This document shows positions 56,249 to 64,000 of a DNA stretch of 64,000 nt, one piece after another. A program made the translations under genes and the position numbers. Numbering within the stretch: the first letter of the stretch is position 1; each line of letters begins with the position of its first letter. Under the pieces are notes generated by a model. The model ran no database searches. It was given only the letters and a program-made list of their open reading frames with translations, and was not told where the DNA came from. Source of the DNA: an uncultured Gammaproteobacteria bacterium (lineage in GTDB: Bacteria; Patescibacteriota; Microgenomatia; UBA8517); the NCBI GenBank assembly GCA_964583685.1, contig CAZOVJ010000001.1, positions 260,033-324,032 of the forward strand. Direction: 5' to 3'.

Positions 56249-57323
56249 CCTTTACTAGTCTCAGAAACTCCCTTTTAAATCTCTTTTTGGAAAATCTTTC
56301 TGCATTTTGCGATATTAATCTACTCTTAAATTTCATTTTTTGAAATCTTCCCACTGCCCTTATTAAGCTTTCCGGCTCTTGTTTGTCAAAAAATATACCT
56401 GTTAGGCCATCAACAACTATATCCAAGGCTCCGCCGGCCTTGTAAGCAATAACCGGCTTGCCTAAAGTTTGGGCCTCGACAGCAACCAGGCCAAAATCCT
56501 CCTCTTGGGGGAAAATTAACCCGGCACAATTATTATAGTAATCAGATAACTCAGCGTCTGTCAATTGACCAACGAACTTTATGTTTCTTTTTGCTTTCCT
56601 TTTTAACCTCTTCTTTTCTTTACCTATACCAACAATCACTAAAGGTAATTCCAATTGATTAAAGGCCTCAATCGCCAAATCAACCCTTTTATAAGGCACC
56701 AGACGAGAAACTATTAAATAAAATTCTGGGCCCGCCTTGACTCGGCGAGGCAGGCCCGCCTTGCCGACAGACAAGTCAACCGGCGGATACATAAGATAAC
56801 TATCCCGGGCATAATATTTCTTTATTCTCTTTTGCACCTCTGTTGAGATAGCTACTAACACATCCTGTTTCTGAGCAGCCACTCTATCCCAGCTCCTCAG
56901 ATAGGAAACAACCGGCCTTGAAATTAGTCTTAAAAATGAATTTCTAAAATAAAAATCATAACCACTCCACAAATATCTAGTTGGTGTTAAACAAAAACAA
57001 ATATGCAAGGTTCCAGGCTTAGTGATAATTCCCTTTGCCGCCTCGCTAGTAACAGAAATTACAAGGTCATATTCCTCAAAGGAAAAGCCTTCAAAGGCAA
57101 GGGGCATGAGATAGGCAAAGAGCTCATGGCGGTCTTTCGCTAGGGGAATTTTTTGCAGAAAAGAAGGTGTTATTTGGGGAAAGACTTTTGCCCAAGGGGC
57201 GGTGATAGGATTATAAACGGCAGTGTAAAGAGGAGCTTGGGGAAAAATCTCGTGTAGGACCAAAAGTAATCTTTCTGCCCCGCCCCATTTATTAACCCGG
57301 TCGTAAACCAAAGCAACCTTCAT
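56235..57323 (-). CDS. GT4 glycosyltransferase (WbaZ-like mannosyltransferase)
   Basis: GGAER, TPTRYLW, YPPVD, SRLVPYKR, EEDFGLVAVEAQ. Confidence 0.92.
   Translation of the reverse strand: MKVALVYDRVNKWGGAERLLLVLHEIFPQAPLYTAVYNPITAPWAKVFPQITPSFLQKIPLAKDRHELFAYLMPLAFEGFSFEEYDLVISVTSEAAKGIITKPGTLHICFCLTPTRYLWSGYDFYFRNSFLRLISRPVVSYLRSWDRVAAQKQDVLVAISTEVQKRIKKYYARDSYLMYPPVDLSVGKAGLPRRVKAGPEFYLIVSRLVPYKRVDLAIEAFNQLELPLVIVGIGKEKKRLKRKAKRNIKFVGQLTDAELSDYYNNCAGLIFPQEEDFGLVAVEAQTLGKPVIAYKAGGALDIVVDGLTGIFFDKQEPESLIRAVGRFQKMKFKSRLISQNAERFSKKRFKREFLRLVKDVKR
56731..56775. repeat. Two tandem short palindromic elements inserted in frame (45 bp, 15 aa)
   Basis: CCCGCCTTG-ACTCGG-CGAGGCAGG followed by degenerate CCCGCCTTGCCGACAGACAAG. 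Confidence 0.7.
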
Positions 57324-58438
57324 AATATAGACTCATAAACTTGAAGTGTTTGCTTGGCTGTTTTCTGCCAAGAGAAACGCCTTACATATCTCTGGGCTTT
57401 TTTAATCATCTTTCTTCTTTTTTCTGAACTAAGTTCTAAAACTTCTTTCGTTACTCTGGCAATATTGGAAAAATCATAGGGATTAAAATAAAGAGCATGA
57501 TTCTTATAGATTTCTTTAAAAATAGGAATATCAGAGACCAAAACTAGGGTTCCGGCCAACATTGCTTCAAGGCCGGGCAATCCGAAACCCTCTGATAATG
57601 AAGAATAGAGAAATCCTACTGACCTTTTATACAAGCTTCCCAAATCACTATCAGGAACAAAACCCAAAAGTTTGACATATTCTCCTGCATTCAAACTGGC
57701 AATTGGTTTTAACAATCTTTGGCTAAATACATCCCTTGAAGAAACTATGACCAACATCACTTTCTCCTTCTGTTTTCTGTTCACTTCAACAACCGCCTCA
57801 ATCGCCCGATTAAGATTTTTATGAGGATAGGCATTACCGACATAAAGGAAAAAGGGCAACTTTAATTTATATTTTTTAAGAATCTTATCATCGTCACTAG
57901 TGGTTATTTCCCCATTGACACCTTCATAAATAATCTTTACCTTATCCTGACTGATTTTATAATAAGACAAAATTTCCTCTTTAACACATTTACTGGGAAC
58001 GATAATCTTTTCGGCATTTATTACCGCTTTTTTAAAAATCAACCTATAACCTAAATATTTCAAAAAATAAATGGGTAAAGGCAGTGTTGTTGCCATTCGA
58101 CCTCTTTGTTTATGCATCAAGACATCATGAATTGTCACCACAAATTTACCGGAATAAAAAATAGGTATATTAAAATGCAAAAAATGAACCAGGTCAGGGT
58201 TTTCCTGACTGATGATTGACGGCAATTTAATTTGTTCAGCAAGACTATAATGTCTAAAATCAGCTAAAACTTTTTTCCAATTCGGGCCAAGCTTTAATCT
58301 ATTAAAGTACTTCTTTCGCAGAAGGACGACATATTGATTCTTCAGATCTTCCTGTAATCCTTCAATAAGATCCATTGTATATCTTCCTAGGCCCGTATTC
58401 TCCGAGCCGTAAAGTCTGGCATCAATTAATATTTTCAT
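57320..58438 (-). CDS. GT4 glycosyltransferase (MtfB-like)
   Basis: IDAR..TGLGRY, TIHD, GNAYPHKN, EGFGLPGLEAM. Confidence 0.92.
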   Translation of the reverse strand: MKILIDARLYGSENTGLGRYTMDLIEGLQEDLKNQYVVLLRKKYFNRLKLGPNWKKVLADFRHYSLAEQIKLPSIISQENPDLVHFLHFNIPIFYSGKFVVTIHDVLMHKQRGRMATTLPLPIYFLKYLGYRLIFKKAVINAEKIIVPSKCVKEEILSYYKISQDKVKIIYEGVNGEITTSDDDKILKKYKLKLPFFLYVGNAYPHKNLNRAIEAVVEVNRKQKEKVMLVIVSSRDVFSQRLLKPIASLNAGEYVKLLGFVPDSDLGSLYKRSVGFLYSSLSEGFGLPGLEAMLAGTLVLVSDIPIFKEIYKNHALYFNPYDFSNIARVTKEVLELSSEKRRKMIKKAQRYVRRFSWQKTAKQTLQVYESIL

Positions 58439-59337
58439 AAAACTAGAAGCCGAACGTATCTAATCATCTTAAGTATCTTAATTGCCCCTATTAGAAGAAG
58501 ATTGAAAAGCAAGGGATAATTTTTCCAAAGCCTTTTTCTGTAAAAAATCTCCATCGAATTCACACCAGCCATGACAAATTTTCTTTTCTCACTCAAACTG
58601 AGGTCTGTTTTGACTTTACCTTTCTTCCCTTTACTGACCCCTTTGAGGTGAATTATTGAAACCTTCGGATAATAAATATTTTTCCAGCCCTTTTCTTTCA
58701 TGCGCCAACAGAGATCAATATCCTCGCCATCTAGAAAATAACTCTCGTCAAACCAGTCCAAATCGTCCAAAATCTGCCGTCTAACCATACAAAATGCTCC
58801 CTGAAGCACATCTATTTCTTGAATCTTGTCAGCAGATTTATAACCGTACCAATACTTGGCAAATACCTTAGAACTAGGAAATAGCCTGTCTAATCCGGAA
58901 AGGTGGCTAAAGGCTACCCAAGGAGTAGGAAAGGAACGGCGGGCATCTTTATCTAAATCTCCGGAAGGCAACTTAATCTTGCAGGTTACGGCTCCTACTT
59001 TAGGATGACCTTTAAGGTAAGCCAGAGTTTCTTTTAAAGTATTCTGGTTTACAAGTGTATCTGAATTCAAAAATAGAATATATTCACCTTGACAAAGTCC
59101 CTGCGCCCGGTTATTGCCGGCTGCAAATCCCAGGTTGCTTTCATTTTCTACAAGCCTTACCCAAGAAAAATCTTTTTTAACCATCTCAACACTTTTATCA
59201 ATTGAACCGTTATCGACAACTATTACCTTAAATTTAACCTCATGTTTTCTTTTTTCCAAAGAATCCAAACAGTTCTTAAGTAAATCTTTTGTGTTGTAAC
59301 TCAAGATTACTATCGAGAGTTCAAGTTTCTCAGACAT
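58435..59337 (-). CDS. GT2 glycosyltransferase (WbbL-like)
   Basis: IVILSYN, VVDNGS.D, NLGFAAGNN, LNSD, FDE.YFL.GEDID. Confidence 0.92.
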   Translation of the reverse strand: MSEKLELSIVILSYNTKDLLKNCLDSLEKRKHEVKFKVIVVDNGSIDKSVEMVKKDFSWVRLVENESNLGFAAGNNRAQGLCQGEYILFLNSDTLVNQNTLKETLAYLKGHPKVGAVTCKIKLPSGDLDKDARRSFPTPWVAFSHLSGLDRLFPSSKVFAKYWYGYKSADKIQEIDVLQGAFCMVRRQILDDLDWFDESYFLDGEDIDLCWRMKEKGWKNIYYPKVSIIHLKGVSKGKKGKVKTDLSLSEKRKFVMAGVNSMEIFYRKRLWKNYPLLFNLLLIGAIKILKMIRYVRLLVL

Positions 59338-60526
59338 GGACCACCTTCTTATAAATTCTGTCATGAAGTTGAACTACAACCTTCCAATCATAATTCTTTT
59401 CAACAAATCCCTGTCCCTGTCTGCCAATTTTTTTTGCCAGCTCAGGATTTTTCAAAAGCTTGACAGTAGCATTAGCCAAACCTTGGTCTGTATCGCTAAT
59501 TAAGACATGACGACCATGCTCAAGGTTCAATCCAGCCGCCCCTGTGGAAGTTGAAACTACAGGAAGCCCTGCGGCCAAAGCCTCCAGAACTTTTAACCTT
59601 GTCCCTCCCGGTCCTCTTATAGGTAAAATCATTACAGTCGCTGTTTTGAGTGTGTCCCTGACATCAGGAACTGATTCTGCAATCTCAATATCATCAGTCC
59701 TCTTTGCAAGTTGGCAAATATTCGAAGGAATGCTCTTACCCACAATCCAAAGTTTAACATCTCTCATCCGTTCTTTTATTTTGGGCCAAACCTCACCCAG
59801 TAAAAGATTAACTGCCTCTACATTTTGCAGCCACTTAAAATTGGCTGCACCATATAAGATCCTAGGGGGGTACTTTTTAGTTTTTTTGTAACTAGAAAAA
59901 TATTTTGAATCAACACCGTTGGGAACAATATCGACCTTTATACCGGGAATGAGCTTCTGCATTATTTTCTTATCCTCTTCAGAAACGGCAACTAGTTTGT
60001 TTGTCTTTCGCCAAAAATATTTCTCCCAGAAACGCAGCTTGAGCACATCAATCATAAAAAGAGGCTTTAAAAGAAAAGGTATTTTGATATCAACATGGTG
60101 TTTATAGACCAAATACTCAATTGTCTGTTCAACTAGAATGGAAGGGATTGCTGTCTTGGGAATATGAGGCATAACATAAAATGTTTCTGCATGTATCAGG
60201 TCATATTTCTCCTCTAAAAGTTCCTTCTTGATTGCCCTTTTCTCTTTTGGAGACCAATTGCGGACAACGAGCAAGGGATAGGGACTAAAGATTGTTAGGA
60301 AAAGATTCCGAAATGTCCACGGCGACTTTGATCTCTTGAAAACCTTTACCTTTTTACAGTATTTCTTCAACTCGGGAATAAACCTTTTTTCAGACTCATC
60401 TTTAATTAATGAAAACAAGGTTATTTGGTGCTTCTCTGATAAATATTTGATAATGTTATACCATCTTGTCTGCCCGCCAGACATAGAAGTATTGGGCAAA
60501 AAGGGAACAAGCATTAAAATTTTCAT
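59330..60526 (-). CDS. GT4 glycosyltransferase
   Basis: SGGQTR, VPNGVD, GGTRLKVLEALAAGLPVVST. Confidence 0.92.
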   Translation of the reverse strand: MKILMLVPFLPNTSMSGGQTRWYNIIKYLSEKHQITLFSLIKDESEKRFIPELKKYCKKVKVFKRSKSPWTFRNLFLTIFSPYPLLVVRNWSPKEKRAIKKELLEEKYDLIHAETFYVMPHIPKTAIPSILVEQTIEYLVYKHHVDIKIPFLLKPLFMIDVLKLRFWEKYFWRKTNKLVAVSEEDKKIMQKLIPGIKVDIVPNGVDSKYFSSYKKTKKYPPRILYGAANFKWLQNVEAVNLLLGEVWPKIKERMRDVKLWIVGKSIPSNICQLAKRTDDIEIAESVPDVRDTLKTATVMILPIRGPGGTRLKVLEALAAGLPVVSTSTGAAGLNLEHGRHVLISDTDQGLANATVKLLKNPELAKKIGRQGQGFVEKNYDWKVVVQLHDRIYKKVVHV

Positions 60527-61983
60527 CTAACTACCTCTTCTTTTAAGTCTATAATGATATAGTTATCTGTCTGCTCCAGAATCCTAAATTTCTCTTTCAA
60601 ATAGTCAAGATCCGGGTCATTCAGGTTGACAGAAACAAAAAAGCTTGCTCCTTTTCCAATAAGATTGTCAATAGAATCATCAACAACCGGCCAACCTTTT
60701 CTTTGAGTTTGGTATAAGAAACTGGTATCTCCATTATATGAGGCAATAATCAAAGCATCTTTTGGTGCAATTCTGTCAATTGCCTGGCCTGCTTGAATAA
60801 TTTCAGGGTGATTTATTTTATAAAACTCCCTTACTTGATACCAACTCATCCCCAACATCAAACCAACTGAAAAAATCAAAAACAGACGAGCAAGCCAAAG
60901 TTTTGATTCTTTAAAATTCCATAGATACCAAGCTCCTTTAGCCAAAAAAAGAGAGATGACTGGTACAATAAAAATCTGATAATAATCATGTCTAATATTG
61001 ACAGTAGCAAAAATAGCCAGATAAATAAAGGCAGCCAAGAAAAGAAAATGGCTGAAAAGATTCTCTTTCTTAATTTTTAAAAAACCAAATGAAAAAGGAA
61101 CTAATCCCCAAATACCGAGCATTAATTTACCTATCCGCTCCCCGAAAATCCATCTCCAAAATGCTGGACGAAAGCGGATATTGTCAGCGTTAAAAGTCCA
61201 CCTCCACCGGGGAATTCCAGCAGGAAATTGATTAATCCAAATTCTCCAAATAAAAAAAGGGATAATGGCTATATTGGCAAAAACTAATAATTCCTTCCTC
61301 TTTAAAATATTTTTTAAACCAAACTTTTGGACTACTAGATAAAATATGGGAATTCCATAGAAAAAACTAAAAGGTTTAGCCAGAGTAGAAATAGCAAATA
61401 AAATAGCTGAAAAAAAGAGACTAGAAAGCTGTTTATACTCTAAATAACAAACAAAAAACCAAATAGAGGCTAAGCCCAAAGCTACAGAAAGCGGCCCAGG
61501 TAATATCGTCCTTGAATAGTAAATGTTAAAAGGAAGAAAGGTACAAAAAAAGGCAGTCAATAACCCAACCCATTTCCCATAATATTTTTTAGCAATCAAA
61601 TAAAGAAAAAGGGCGGAAAATAAAGAGGCGATAATTGAAACTAGTCTACCGCAAACTTCAAAATTTAAAAAAGGAAGACCTTTGGCAATAAAAACATGAA
61701 GAGCATTATAAATAGGAAACTCTACCAGGCGTAATCCCAGAGGATTAAAAATACCGCTTTGAGTACTAGAAAGGTCAAGATATTTGGGATAAAGAAGATT
61801 TATACCATGACGAAAAAATATGCGGGAAACAGATGCCGTATCCGCCTGCCTCCAAGAGTGCCAGTCTGCAATTGGGCCATTAATTTTATATAAACGAGTA
61901 AAAAATCCCAGCAATATAATAATTGATAAAATTATGTATTCAATTTCTTTTGTTTTTAAAAGCTGGGTAATTTTATCCTCCAT
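60523..61983 (-). CDS. GT-C (ArnT/PMT-like) membrane glycosyltransferase
   Basis: DWHSWRQADT, EFPIY, polytopic TM, LAKP, HDYYQ. Confidence 0.8.
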   Translation of the reverse strand: MEDKITQLLKTKEIEYIILSIIILLGFFTRLYKINGPIADWHSWRQADTASVSRIFFRHGINLLYPKYLDLSSTQSGIFNPLGLRLVEFPIYNALHVFIAKGLPFLNFEVCGRLVSIIASLFSALFLYLIAKKYYGKWVGLLTAFFCTFLPFNIYYSRTILPGPLSVALGLASIWFFVCYLEYKQLSSLFFSAILFAISTLAKPFSFFYGIPIFYLVVQKFGLKNILKRKELLVFANIAIIPFFIWRIWINQFPAGIPRWRWTFNADNIRFRPAFWRWIFGERIGKLMLGIWGLVPFSFGFLKIKKENLFSHFLFLAAFIYLAIFATVNIRHDYYQIFIVPVISLFLAKGAWYLWNFKESKLWLARLFLIFSVGLMLGMSWYQVREFYKINHPEIIQAGQAIDRIAPKDALIIASYNGDTSFLYQTQRKGWPVVDDSIDNLIGKGASFFVSVNLNDPDLDYLKEKFRILEQTDNYIIIDLKEEVVR

Positions 61984-63361
61984 TTCTCTGAAGTTTGGCA
62001 GATTTTACAGCAAAACCCATCATCAACCAAAAGATTATGGCAAATTTAGATGCTTCAAAAATATCAATAAAAAGAGCATTGAGAAAAATCCCCGGTAAAC
62101 TGCTGATTATGGCAATAAGATAGGCTGATTGAAGGTTGATTTTTTTGGGAAGAGGAAATAACTTTAGAAAACGCTTTAAAATCCGAAAGATAATCAAGAA
62201 AAACGACGCAAAACCCAATATGCCAACTTCGCCTAAAAGCCTTAAATAATCATTGTCAGTAGCTAACGTAATAGAAGAAAAGCCAGTTCCCAAAAGAGGA
62301 TTCTTTAAAAAGGCACGTACTGCTCTGGGCCATTCGACATTCAGTCTTATCGAAGTTGAACGATCCTCAATTACCGGAACTGGACTGGGAGACGAGCTGT
62401 CAGTAGAAGCTGCATAGGCAGGAAAAAATTCTCTGTTGAAAAGGAGATTATCTCTTCTATTTATCATCTTTTGGATAGTAACCTCAAATATTCTCGTATA
62501 ACGAGTGATAAGATTAGATGAAAAACCAACAAAAACAATACTCAAGAAAATTACTATCAGAATAGCTTTATATTTCCTAATTAAAAATAGGGCAACTGAT
62601 ACGCTCAATAAATAGGAAACAATAGAAATCCTAGAAACAGTATTGACTAAAAGCCAAAAGCCTAAAATAATAGCAGTCAAAAGTAAGGCCCTTACTTTCT
62701 TATCTGACTCAATCTTCAGCAAACCCCGAAGAGTGGATTTATTGCTAAAAAGCAGGATATAAAAGAGAGGAGAAATTAAAATAAGAAAACTTGCCAGATC
62801 ATAATGGCCGGCAAATGTTGATATCAGGTGCCCGGTTGGAACATATCTCAAAGCAACTCCTTTTGAATACTCGTAGTTTTGAGTAGTAATCACCGGCCAA
62901 TTGAAGAACTTTTGACCAAAAGCATATATAAATACCAAGAAAAGAATGACAAAAAGACATTTAATATAAAAAGCTAGATCTTTTTCTGAACGAATGACAG
63001 ATAATCCCATAAAAAAGGCCATAAGATACTCAACTCTTCTCAGCCAATGAAGCAATCCAATATGAACTTCAGCTGTCTGTGTTAGGAAAACAGCCGATAT
63101 AACTGACAAAAGAGAAATTGCCCAGAAAATAAATATTGAAAAATTAATTTTATCCTTCAGTAACTTCCGCCAATCAGGTAAAATTGAGGATAGCCAAATA
63201 ATTGTTACTACAAAAATTAAAAAATCCTCTAATCTAATAGAAACATAAGTACCTGGCACCCGAACAAAAGGAAATTTGGGATAAAGAGGGACAACTAGAA
63301 AAATTGCCAGTACTCCAAATTTGAGAATTTCTCTCCTAAGCTTGCTTAAACGCTTTTGCAT
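61973..63361 (-). CDS. O-antigen ligase/Wzy-like membrane protein
   Basis: STFAGHYDL, T.SR, S.SIR..EWP.A...NPLLGTG, DNDYLR.LGE.GILG. Confidence 0.82.
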   Translation of the reverse strand: MQKRLSKLRREILKFGVLAIFLVVPLYPKFPFVRVPGTYVSIRLEDFLIFVVTIIWLSSILPDWRKLLKDKINFSIFIFWAISLLSVISAVFLTQTAEVHIGLLHWLRRVEYLMAFFMGLSVIRSEKDLAFYIKCLFVILFLVFIYAFGQKFFNWPVITTQNYEYSKGVALRYVPTGHLISTFAGHYDLASFLILISPLFYILLFSNKSTLRGLLKIESDKKVRALLLTAIILGFWLLVNTVSRISIVSYLLSVSVALFLIRKYKAILIVIFLSIVFVGFSSNLITRYTRIFEVTIQKMINRRDNLLFNREFFPAYAASTDSSSPSPVPVIEDRSTSIRLNVEWPRAVRAFLKNPLLGTGFSSITLATDNDYLRLLGEVGILGFASFFLIIFRILKRFLKLFPLPKKINLQSAYLIAIISSLPGIFLNALFIDIFEASKFAIIFWLMMGFAVKSAKLQRNGG

Positions 63362-64000
63362 AAATTTTCGCCGAATCCCTCCCCTCTAGTATAGCGAAAA
63401 GAACAATCCTACCAAAAGCACCCAGTTTCAAAAGAAATCTAAGAACCGGATATTGCCAAGAAGATTTGTGTTTCTTATAAAATAACTTTAATCCCTGGTA
63501 TTCTGAAAGCAGAGCAAACTCGGAAGTAGCACTTTCCCTCTCATAATGAACAATGCTCCATTGAGGCAAATACCAAACCTGCCAGCCTGCCTTTTTGGCT
63601 CTGAAGCAAAAGTCAACTTCCTCAACATACATAAAATAGTCTTCATCTAAAAGTCCTATGTCATCAATGACCTTCCGCCTGACCAGAAAGAAGGCACCAG
63701 TTACCCAATCCAATTCCTTTTTCCTTTTATAAAATCTGATGTTCTTGTAAAAAGACTTCTCGTGCATGGGATGAAAAGGTTTAATAAACTGGTCTATCAA
63801 AGGTATGTCTTGGATTGTCATCCAAGAGAAAACACTTAATAAATTCGGAAAATATCCCCCTGTTCCTTGAAGACTGCCGTCTTTATTAAGTAAGGCGCAG
63901 CTGGCAATACCAACCTTAGGATGTTTATCCATCCACCTGAGCATCCCTTTTAAAAAATTATTTGAGATTAAAGTATCTGAATTCAAAAGAAGTATATATT
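63336..64000 (-). CDS. GT2 glycosyltransferase (WbbL-like), 5' end outside the window
   Basis: LNSD, DWVTGAF, LDEDYFMYVEEVD. Confidence 0.9.
   Translation of the reverse strand, partial: YILLLNSDTLISNNFLKGMLRWMDKHPKVGIASCALLNKDGSLQGTGGYFPNLLSVFSWMTIQDIPLIDQFIKPFHPMHEKSFYKNIRFYKRKKELDWVTGAFFLVRRKVIDDIGLLDEDYFMYVEEVDFCFRAKKAGWQVWYLPQWSIVHYERESATSEFALLSEYQGLKLFYKKHKSSWQYPVLRFLLKLGAFGRIVLFAILEGRDSAKIYAKAFKQA

Noticed and set aside
4709-62098. Many 60-185 aa ORFs antisense to or nested in known genes (e.g. 4955-5434, 24225-24653, 36667-37221, 49853-50122)
   Set aside because: Shadow ORFs of well-supported genes, with no motifs or independent start signals
1-64000. Alternative genetic code 25 (TGA=Gly), prompted by the odd tRNA-Gly locus
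   Set aside because: Conserved genes are intact under code 11, several end in TGA, and no TCA anticodon is present
1-64000. CRISPR array, DGR, integrase or transposase
   Set aside because: No repeat-spacer array, reverse transcriptase or recombinase motifs. The 84-bp repeat is exact, and its two flanking differences are too few for a DGR TR/VR pair

Overview
This is a 64-kb, AT-rich, gene-dense bacterial chromosome segment using genetic code 11. Gene content and order suggest Patescibacteria/CPR, Microgenomates-like; this is inferred and not database-checked. The backbone is a complete dcw cluster (mraZ-rsmH-ftsL-ftsI-murA-murE-murC-murB-murD-pgeF-ddl-murF-mraY-ftsW-murG-ftsQ-ftsA-ftsZ) followed by ileS-rodA-rplU-rpmA-parB. 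It also carries lepB, glyQS, recO and two surface-glycan glycosyltransferase clusters. Orphan-gene islets sit beside tRNA-Asp, -Gly, -Thr and -Val. A nucleoside ABC-type uptake islet lacks its ATPase and is followed by a UPRT-like gene. A ferredoxin/FNR/GT2 cassette is bounded by an 84-bp direct repeat. The most striking observation is a tRNA inside a tRNA. A complete tRNA-Gly(CCC) with encoded CCA (2786-2860) lies in the anticodon loop of a second tRNA-Gly-like cloverleaf (2737-2913). It is bracketed by CCTGCC...GGCAGG inverted repeats, and the same terminal motif occurs as short in-frame palindromic insertions in two glycosyltransferase genes. No CRISPR array, rRNA, integrase or transposase was seen.
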